Assembly: GCA_964470365.1 (NCBI GenBank)
Contig: CAYYCO010000004.1
Coordinates: 15,359 to 79,358 of the forward strand
From: an uncultured Anaeromyxobacteraceae bacterium
GTDB lineage: Bacteria; Myxococcota_A; UBA9042; DTJE01
Reading direction: 5' to 3'
Length of the DNA stretch: 64,000 nucleotides
Shown: one piece after another, positions 57,153 through 64,000 of the stretch
Position numbering within the stretch: position 1 is the stretch's first letter
How the letters are laid out: every line of letters starts with the position of its first letter
The notes under the pieces: generated by a model
Told to the model about the DNA's origin: nothing
Seen by the model: the letters and a program-made list of their open reading frames with translations, nothing else
Databases searched by the model: none
Made by a program: the position numbers and the translations under genes

Positions 57153-58058
57153 ATGAAAAGGTACTTGGTTCTTGTCAGCGTGCTTTCTTTCGCCGCCAGC
57201 CTTTACGGTTGCGGCAACGGTGGCGACCAGGACGATGACGGCGGCCTGATGGATATCATCATCACGGTCGACTACGGTCAGATTGACAACGGCAATGTCG
57301 GTCCGGATGTCGTGGTCGTCGACGACGACGGGAACCCGGTCGATACGAACCAGCCCAAGGATACGAACCAGCCCAAGGACACGAACCAGCCGAAGGACGA
57401 AAACGAACCGGTCGACACCAATGTCGGGCAGGACGAGGGCGGCACGGACACCGCCGTCGAAACCTGCGTCGAACCGACCGGGTGCGCGTTTGAAACGCTG
57501 AACGGAATACGTGACAACTGCGACGGCACGCTTACCGACACCACGACCGGGCTGATGTGGCAGAAGGTCGGCGGCGACCACCAGCTTTCGTCCCCGACGG
57601 ACAACCTCCTGAAGCGGCAGTGCAATACGGCCAAATCCGGCTGCCAGGGGACGTCGTTCCTGACCGGCTGGCGCGTCCCGACCATCGATGAGGTCAGGAC
57701 GCTCGTCCGTGGCTGCCCGGCCGTGGAAGAAGGCGGCTCGTGTCCGGTGCTGGAAGCCTGCTTCAACTCCGACAACTGCCTGACGTCCGAATGCAACGGC
57801 TGCGGGACCGGCAACGGCGACTTCAGTTATGTCGATGGCGGCGAAACCTATTACAGGTACATTGATCCCCGCATGGTCAGCGAGGCCAACGGCGCGGTGT
57901 GGTCGGCCATCATGTCGGGAACCAATACAAACAAAACGGCACTCGATTCGAACCTGCGCTTCTTCTACATCCTCAACTACAACGGCAAGCTGGACGTTCT
58001 CAAGCCGACCCAGCCCTCATCCGAGGGCGTCATGTTCTGCGTCCGCGCGGCAGACTGA
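57153..58058 (+). CDS. DUF1566 (Lcl C-terminal-like) lipoprotein
   Basis: Lipobox LYGC, DNCDGTLTDTTTGLMWQK, GWRVPTIDEVRTL, terminal FCVR. Confidence 0.72.
   Translation: MKRYLVLVSVLSFAASLYGCGNGGDQDDDGGLMDIIITVDYGQIDNGNVGPDVVVVDDDGNPVDTNQPKDTNQPKDTNQPKDENEPVDTNVGQDEGGTDTAVETCVEPTGCAFETLNGIRDNCDGTLTDTTTGLMWQKVGGDHQLSSPTDNLLKRQCNTAKSGCQGTSFLTGWRVPTIDEVRTLVRGCPAVEEGGSCPVLEACFNSDNCLTSECNGCGTGNGDFSYVDGGETYYRYIDPRMVSEANGAVWSAIMSGTNTNKTALDSNLRFFYILNYNGKLDVLKPTQPSSEGVMFCVRAAD
57342..57410 (+). repeat. 18-bp coding tandem repeat (DTNQPK x3 plus a degenerate fourth unit)
   Basis: gatacgaaccagcccaag twice, then gacacgaaccagccgaag, then gacgaaaacgaaccg. Confidence 0.9.
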
Positions 58059-58204
58059 AATATTTTCCGGAACAGGCCGGCCATGCGATCCACGGTTTTG
58101 AAACCGCGACACGGGTGAGTCTGTATGCCCCGCTTCCAGGGGGTGAACTGGATAATTCGGTCGGACAAACATAGAATGGTGGGACTCTGCAAAGGGTGGT
58201 TCAA

Positions 58205-59617
58205 ATGACGGTTGCGAAACTGACTTCGCTGGTTACTGCAATAATCGCGGCCTCGGCCCTGGTTCTGCCCGCCCGGGCACTGGCGCAGGATGACGGACTG
58301 CAGTCGTCGCAATCGACGGTGGAACAGGTTCCGGAGGTCGGCTCATCTCCCGATACCGTTGCCATTGAACCCGCCGCGGAAACTGAACCCGCTGCGGAAC
58401 CTGAACCCGTCGCCGCGCAGCCCGCCGTGGAAGCAGACGATGACGAAAGCTTCGTAAAGAAGGAAGTCAAGAAGATCAAATCGTTCGAGGGCGCGCACCT
58501 GATGGTCGGCCGGAACGTCAAGGTTCCGACCCAGACCAGGAAATTCGCGGTCGGCATCGACCTGGACGTCGCCCCGTTGAACATCGTGGCGAACAAGACG
58601 CGCGACGTAATCGTGGACGAGGCGGTGAACCAGATCTGCTCCGCCAGCCCTGACCAGCAGGCCTGCACGACGCAGGTCGAGGGCGCGGTTGACCAGGTTC
58701 TGGATACCCTCAAGGACGTGACGCCCGAACAGTGGGAAATGATCAGGTCTGCCGCTGGCGGCGATCCGGCGGCGCTTGACCAGGTGTTGCAGGAAATCGG
58801 TGTTTCCGACCCCGATGCGCGCGATGTGGTGGTCGATTTCGTCGGGGAATATGCCGGGCAGGCCGGTACGTCGGAACAGCGTATGCAGGCGGTTGACGCG
58901 GTCCGCACCGTTTCCACGTCCAGCGCCATCAGCCTGCTGTTTGAACCTTACCTGTACATGAATTTCAAATGGATCGAAATCGTGCTGACCACACCGTTCG
59001 CGCTGCAGATCATGGATGCGGGCGGGACCGAAATCGAAATGGCCAATATCGGTTTGAACTTTAAATCGGGTGGCGACTGGTCGGTCGGCAGCATCGTTTC
59101 ATTCGGCTTCTCGGGCGGCATCGAACTGACGTTGCCCAGCGGCACTCCAGGGATATCGAAATCCATCAATTCCGACATCTTCGCGGCCCCCAAATTCGCA
59201 TACGGGTACCTGACGTGGGCCCCATACCTGGTCGTCGGGATGGACCTCGCCCGGATATTCCAGTTGCAGACCCACCTGGAACTGGTTTCCATGCACGACG
59301 TGCTCGACGCGAATGCGGCAGATCACGTGATGTACCTGAAGTACGGCGCCGGCTTCATCCTGATGCCGAAATTTATCGTTTCCCTTCTGTTTGAACTGAA
59401 CGGCTGCCGGGGGCTGATCAACTCCGATCGCTATGACACATTCCTGGTCGCGACCGGGGTCAACATCCGGGTTGCCTTCTTCAAGATGTTCCTCGGCGTC
59501 CAGATTCCGCTCCTGGATCAGGGGCGTTTCGTATGGGATTCCGGTTACTGGACTGCCGCCAATTACGACCAGCTTTCGAAGTTCACCGTCATGTCCCGCA
59601 TCGGCTTCGAATTCTGA
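58205..59617 (+). CDS. Secreted/outer-membrane protein with helical insert and C-terminal beta-barrel-like region
   Basis: Signal peptide, alternating amphipathic strands in the C-terminal half, terminal RIGFEF beta-signal-like motif. Confidence 0.55.
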   Translation: MTVAKLTSLVTAIIAASALVLPARALAQDDGLQSSQSTVEQVPEVGSSPDTVAIEPAAETEPAAEPEPVAAQPAVEADDDESFVKKEVKKIKSFEGAHLMVGRNVKVPTQTRKFAVGIDLDVAPLNIVANKTRDVIVDEAVNQICSASPDQQACTTQVEGAVDQVLDTLKDVTPEQWEMIRSAAGGDPAALDQVLQEIGVSDPDARDVVVDFVGEYAGQAGTSEQRMQAVDAVRTVSTSSAISLLFEPYLYMNFKWIEIVLTTPFALQIMDAGGTEIEMANIGLNFKSGGDWSVGSIVSFGFSGGIELTLPSGTPGISKSINSDIFAAPKFAYGYLTWAPYLVVGMDLARIFQLQTHLELVSMHDVLDANAADHVMYLKYGAGFILMPKFIVSLLFELNGCRGLINSDRYDTFLVATGVNIRVAFFKMFLGVQIPLLDQGRFVWDSGYWTAANYDQLSKFTVMSRIGFEF

Positions 59618-59685
59618 TTCGTTGTGGAAAATTGTCTGTAATTACGGTATGATATATGTGGTTGGGAAATCATTGGGGGTGTGCG

Positions 59686-60600
59686 ATGAAAAGGATGTTG
59701 ACGGTGTTCGCCGGGGTGCTGCTGCTGTCGGCGGGCGCGATGGCCCAGGAACAGTCCGACCGTGTGGATGAATGCCAGGCCGACGCGGACTGCCCGGCGC
59801 AGTTTGTCTGCGCGACGGTCCAGGAACCCTGCGATGCGACTCCCTGTGCCTGCGCGTGTCCGGCGTGCGATCCGGCCATGACCGACGGCTGCGGCTGCGT
59901 CTGCCCCGTGTGCGACGTCGCGGAATGCGTGCCGGTCGAAATGAAGGTCTGTCAGTGGGAACCGGTCCGGTGCGGCTCGGACGATGATTGCACCGACGGG
60001 TTCGAGTGCGTCGCCGAAGAAATCTGCAGTGGCGGATCGGATTGCGCCTGCGCCCCCTGCGCTTGTGACCCGACAGCGGACGCCGCCTGTGTCTGCGAAC
60101 CGTGCGATTGCCCGGAAACCACGGAACCTGAATGTACGACCGGCGCCAGCTACTGCCTCCCCGCCAGGGTGGCGTGCGCGACCGACGACGACTGCGCCGA
60201 CGGATTCACCTGCGAGACATTCGAAACAGGCGCCACCTGCGCCTGCGTTGACTGTGGATGCCCCGCATGCGAGGGCGACGCATGTGAACCGTGCGAATGT
60301 GAACCCTGCGATTGCGGCGACATCGCGGTTCAGTCCGAATCCTACTGCCTGCCGGCGGAATGGGCGGGATACGTGGACCTTGAAGACGGCGCCGTCAACC
60401 TTGAACCCAGGCAGGACGGTGACGCATACATCGCCGTCGGCGGGGATGACGATCTTGCGGGCGAAACGGCCAACCCGGTGAACGACACCGATGACGGCGA
60501 CGGAAATTGTTCCGCCGGCGGGACCGGTTCGCTGTCCTGGATCCTCCTGCTTCCGTTCGGCATCCTGGTCATTGCCCGCCGCAGGACGATCCGCGGCTGA
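59686..60600 (+). CDS. Cys-rich surface protein with MYXO-CTERM-like anchor
   Basis: Signal peptide, 42 Cys in three 14-Cys repeats, C-terminal GNCSAGG-spacer-hydrophobic-RRR. Confidence 0.75.
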   Translation: MKRMLTVFAGVLLLSAGAMAQEQSDRVDECQADADCPAQFVCATVQEPCDATPCACACPACDPAMTDGCGCVCPVCDVAECVPVEMKVCQWEPVRCGSDDDCTDGFECVAEEICSGGSDCACAPCACDPTADAACVCEPCDCPETTEPECTTGASYCLPARVACATDDDCADGFTCETFETGATCACVDCGCPACEGDACEPCECEPCDCGDIAVQSESYCLPAEWAGYVDLEDGAVNLEPRQDGDAYIAVGGDDDLAGETANPVNDTDDGDGNCSAGGTGSLSWILLLPFGILVIARRRTIRG

Positions 60601-60739
60601 CCCACGTACCTGCCCCCGCGCCCCGTTTTTTCAGTCATAACGCGTACAACCGGGTGCATAACATTGACGCGGCGACCGCACGTGGCCGAAAATAGGTTCC
60701 GCGTTCATAGCCAATAGGGGCGATTGTTCAGGGGGCATC

Positions 60740-61867
60740 ATGAGGTTGAATTGCAGGGCTGTGTCGTTCGTTCTGGTGTTCGCCGGCGTCCTGTCGGTCG
60801 GTGCGGCCGCGGCCGCGCAGAGCATCAAGGAAATCGTGCCGACGGAGGTCGAGGTCGGCAAGGAATTCGCCGATAATTTCAAGGCTTACGCCAAGGTCGG
60901 CGCGACGCTGAACTTCACCAACAACTACCAGTTCGTCGGCCAGCTTGACGGAAACGCGGTTACATTCGGCGCGAACGTCGACACCGGTTTCCAGCTTGTG
61001 CGCAGTGGGCATGACTGGCGCGCCCAGCTCAAGCTGCTGCTGGCGCTGTCTTACGGACCGCCGCTGGAAAGGGTCATCAAGTCCGGCGACCAGTTCTACT
61101 TCGACACCATGTACTTCTACCATCCGAAGGGATACGAATGGATAGGTCCTTTCGCCCGCTTCACGATGGACTCGGTGCTGCTTGACGGACAGAACAACAC
61201 GGAAGGGGCCAACGATTACGTGGACGGCGCTTCGGGCGCGGTGGTCAAGCCCGCGTCCGACAGGTTCACGCTGACGAAGTCTTTCGCACCGATCACGTTC
61301 AAGGAAGCGGCCGGTATCTACGCGCGGCCGATTGCGAAACCGGAAATCGAAATTGTCATAACGTTCGGCTTCGGGGCCAGCCAGGTCGCGATGTCCGGCG
61401 ATCAGTACACCCTGGGCGCCTACACGGCCCCGACGGTGCCGGGCGGACCCGGCAAGTACATCGTCAACAAACTGGCGCCGTACGAACAGGTCGGTATCGC
61501 GGGCGGTCTGAAACTGCAGGGCACGTACGACTGGAAGGTCAAGATAATGTACGGCGCATTCTGCGAATTCATGGTTCCAATGTATCCGGAACCCCCTGCG
61601 GGCAAGGATTACGGCGACCTGACGAACGTCGACATCGGCGCCAACCTGTCGCTGAAGCTGTTCTCGTGGGCTTCGCTTGATTACCTCCTCAAGGTGGTTC
61701 GTCAGCCCCAGTTGTTCGACGGCTGGCAGATCCAGAACGTACTTATGCTGACCCTCGGGTACAGCTGGGATTACGACGAAGTCGCCGCCGCGGCGAAGAA
61801 GGCCGAGGCCGCCAGGGCGGAAGCCGAAGCCGCCAAGGTGGTTTCCGACGCCGCTGCCGCCCAGTAA
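60740..61867 (+). CDS. Outer-membrane beta-barrel protein (DUF3078-like)
   Basis: Signal peptide, GATLNFTNN..GQ, DQFYFDTMY, final strand LMLTLGYSW, followed by an Ala/Lys-rich tail. Confidence 0.6.
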   Translation: MRLNCRAVSFVLVFAGVLSVGAAAAAQSIKEIVPTEVEVGKEFADNFKAYAKVGATLNFTNNYQFVGQLDGNAVTFGANVDTGFQLVRSGHDWRAQLKLLLALSYGPPLERVIKSGDQFYFDTMYFYHPKGYEWIGPFARFTMDSVLLDGQNNTEGANDYVDGASGAVVKPASDRFTLTKSFAPITFKEAAGIYARPIAKPEIEIVITFGFGASQVAMSGDQYTLGAYTAPTVPGGPGKYIVNKLAPYEQVGIAGGLKLQGTYDWKVKIMYGAFCEFMVPMYPEPPAGKDYGDLTNVDIGANLSLKLFSWASLDYLLKVVRQPQLFDGWQIQNVLMLTLGYSWDYDEVAAAAKKAEAARAEAEAAKVVSDAAAAQ

Positions 61868-61869
61868 CA

Positions 61870-61974
61870 CCCCCGCGAACGGAAATGTGACCGCATCAGG
61901 TTCGTCCGAACCTCATTCGTCAGGCAGGCTTCGATGACCTCTGCCGTGTATTGACTGATGACGACACGCGGGGG
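61870..61974. other. Multi-stem structured non-coding element between convergent genes
   Basis: Outer stem CCCCCGCG/CGCGGGGG, internal AGGTTC/GAACCT and GGCAG/CTGCC hairpins, CATCAG/CTGATG pairing. Confidence 0.5.
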
Positions 61975-62015
61975 AGCCTGATGTCGGGATATCCCTGATA
62001 CTGCCGGGAAAACGG

Positions 62016-63143
62016 TCAGAACGTGAGGGCGAACGAGGCGGCGGCGCCATCCTGCATCGGAACCACCGAGAAACCGTAGCGCGTGTCATCCGCGGCTGCC
62101 TGGCCCTCATCGATATCCTTGTCCGGGAAGATGAAGAAGCCCATGACGGCCATCGCGATGCCGACGCCGGCAAGCCCGAGCCCGATCCAGCCCTCGTAGT
62201 AGTCCTTCTGGATGACCTGGCCGGCCGGCAGGTTCGCCTTGTTGTAGAAGTACCAGCCCATCAGGCCGGTGCCGGCGACCGTCATACCGCCACCCACGCC
62301 AAGGAACACCCACTTCCACGGGTTGGACTGTGTCGCGGCCTTTTTCGTGGTGGTCCCGCCAGCCGTCATCAGGCATTCGACCGTCATGAACTGTGTCGAC
62401 ACCAGCGAGAAGCTGCCGGTGTAGTCCGGGTAACCGGCCTTCGAGCAGGTGTAGGTGTGGGCGCCGGCCGGGATTTCAATCGGCGACGCCTGGTTCGGGG
62501 TCATCGAGGTACCCGACGGGTTGAGTTCCATGTCGTCGATTTTTACCACCATGCCCCAGAACGAATCGAGATCCGTCCTGAGGACGACCTTGCCGCCGAC
62601 GGGGTCGAGCCTGATGTCGAGATCGGTATCGAACGCGCCGATGACGCGATCCTCGCTTTTCGGCTTGAAGCCCGGCGCCGAGTATTCAATACGGTGCTGT
62701 CCCTGAGCGATAGCGATTTTTCCAGGCACGAAAAACACGCCGTTTCCGTCCACGATCATCTTGACCTGTTCGGCGTTGGACGTGACGTCGATTTCGATCG
62801 GCGTGGCCATCGCATCGGTGAGTTCGGCGCGCAGCTTGTCGATTTTGCCCTTCAGTTTCGCCTCGTCGGTCTGGATGGCGTCCAGCGCCGCAAGGGCGTC
62901 CGCAAGGTCGCCCCTTGCCTGCAGGCACCTGGCCCTCTGGAAGGCGATCTGCGGCATCGGGAAAGCCGCCTGCGCCTGATCCAGCAGGTCAACGGCCTCG
63001 TCCCAGCGGGACTGCTCCATCATGGTCTGGGCATCCTTGTAAAGATTGAAGGCCCTGATTTCAGCGTCGGAAGGTTCCTGCGCGAATGCGCCGGCGGAGG
63101 TCATGGCAATAAGCGTTGCGGCGATGACGAAAAACCTGTTCAT
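62016..63143 (-). CDS. TPR + PEGA domain protein with C-terminal membrane segments
   Basis: Signal peptide, TPR-like helices (DEAVDLLDQA, FQRARC..GDLADAL), PEGA-like GQHRIEYSAPGF and GAHTYTCSKAGY, myxobacterial-type tail. Confidence 0.7.
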   Translation of the reverse strand: MNRFFVIAATLIAMTSAGAFAQEPSDAEIRAFNLYKDAQTMMEQSRWDEAVDLLDQAQAAFPMPQIAFQRARCLQARGDLADALAALDAIQTDEAKLKGKIDKLRAELTDAMATPIEIDVTSNAEQVKMIVDGNGVFFVPGKIAIAQGQHRIEYSAPGFKPKSEDRVIGAFDTDLDIRLDPVGGKVVLRTDLDSFWGMVVKIDDMELNPSGTSMTPNQASPIEIPAGAHTYTCSKAGYPDYTGSFSLVSTQFMTVECLMTAGGTTTKKAATQSNPWKWVFLGVGGGMTVAGTGLMGWYFYNKANLPAGQVIQKDYYEGWIGLGLAGVGIAMAVMGFFIFPDKDIDEGQAAADDTRYGFSVVPMQDGAAASFALTF

Positions 63144-63147
63144 GTCT

Positions 63148-64000
63148 TCAATCTCCCCAGTCGAGTGAAGGTTTGCCGGTCGATTCCGTTTTCGGTGCCG
63201 TGGCTGGCGTTTTTGGTTTCGGCGCCGGTTCGATTTCGCCCGAGTCCAGCCCGTCATCCCAGTTCGGCCTGGCGGCATTCGCCGCTGTCTTCTTTTTGGC
63301 GGCATTCGCCTTGTCGGTCACCGGCGCGGCCGCAGTCTGTTCCCGGGTCGGCCGGGAAGGTGTCGTCGCGACCGGAGGCCGCGTCGTTGCTGCATTGGTC
63401 GTCGTTGTCGAGGCGGCGGCGTCAACCCGAGCCCCGGCGACAGGTTTCGACGCGGTCGGCGGAGCGGACGAGGCGACCTTGACAGCCGGCGCGGAGGCGG
63501 GAGAGACGACGGCGCCGGGCTGGCGTGCGGCCTGAACCGGGGCTGGTGCCGGCGCCGGTTCGGCAGTCCGCGCCGAAGATGCGCCCACCGCGGTTTCAAC
63601 AGGCGCAGGAACCGTGGCGGATGCGGTGGGAACCACGGCTGGCGCCACCGGCGCGGCCGTGTCGCCGTCAGCGGCGGCCGGTGCGGGGGCAGGGGTGACC
63701 GGCGCGACAACCTGTGTCGCCGGCGCCGCGGCTGCCCTTGCGAGTTCAAGCTGGCGTGACTGGTACTGAAGAACAAACCATCCGGTGACGGCAATCGCCG
63801 CGAGCACGAAGAACCCGACCAGCACGACCACGGCCACGACCGACGAATTTTTGCCACGGGGAGGCCGGGCGGGGAGAGGAGATGCGGGCGTCGCGGTCGG
63901 TACCGTCACCGGGGCACGTTCGGGCGCCGCGACGGTCAGCGGTCCCGGGAACGAGCCCGTGGCATCCGTGAGCCGGGTCGGCGCTGCCGGTTCGGTGATG
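63148..64000 (-). CDS. C-terminal Pro/Ala-rich, single-TM part of a larger protein (possibly a membrane kinase); runs off window end
   Basis: The frame stays open to position 64000. TM helix VVAVVVLVGFFVLAAIAVTGWFVL, Pro/Ala/Thr linker, ends LDWGD. Confidence 0.6.
   Translation of the reverse strand, partial: ITEPAAPTRLTDATGSFPGPLTVAAPERAPVTVPTATPASPLPARPPRGKNSSVVAVVVLVGFFVLAAIAVTGWFVLQYQSRQLELARAAAAPATQVVAPVTPAPAPAAADGDTAAPVAPAVVPTASATVPAPVETAVGASSARTAEPAPAPAPVQAARQPGAVVSPASAPAVKVASSAPPTASKPVAGARVDAAASTTTTNAATTRPPVATTPSRPTREQTAAAPVTDKANAAKKKTAANAARPNWDDGLDSGEIEPAPKPKTPATAPKTESTGKPSLDWGD

Noticed and set aside
61870-61974. Canonical hammerhead ribozyme, 6S RNA or SRP RNA call
   Set aside because: Core spacing is wrong for a hammerhead, it is too short for 6S, and the SRP loop is absent. 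Reported only as an unknown structure.
1-64000. CRISPR arrays, tRNA, rRNA and IS elements
   Set aside because: No regularly spaced repeats, cloverleaf/T-loop signatures, rRNA-like tracts or transposase motifs were seen. Intergenic gaps are short. A tRNAscan/Infernal run would be decisive.

Overview
GC-rich bacterial chromosomal window. It is most consistent with a Myxococcota/deltaproteobacterial lineage (inference from a TIGR04552-like gene, a MYXO-CTERM-like tail, a TPR-PEGA protein, eukaryote-like kinases and many Cys-rich lipoproteins). Core content: a minus-strand rpoN-hpf-rapZ operon that continues into a HEPN/Zn-ribbon gene and a Ser/Thr kinase, with a sigma-54 -24/-12 element upstream of rpoN itself. 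Also present: dnaJ, TolC, Hsp20, a long plus-strand lolA-rimO-HAD-ispE-rplY-pth-rpsF-rpsR-rplI-rsmE-RDD-fibre-aspS run, gcvT-gcvH-gcvPA without gcvPB divergent from folD, PBP1A, a PFK-tatD-tcdA-carbamoyltransferase-DUF5989 run, and a surface/outer-membrane cluster. Most notable: (1) the TIGR04552-like protein divergent from rpoN carries all RelA/SpoT synthetase-like motifs in order; (2) a ~4.2 kb lower-GC island lies between two ~91% identical copies of the aspS 3' end that differ mostly synonymously, with no integrase; (3) a surface protein is built from three 14-Cys metallothionein-like repeats; (4) an SxtI-SxtJ-like fusion precedes an SxtK-like peptide; (5) several unexplained structured non-coding elements. 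I found no tRNA, rRNA, CRISPR array or transposase. Family names come from motif recognition by eye, not database searches.
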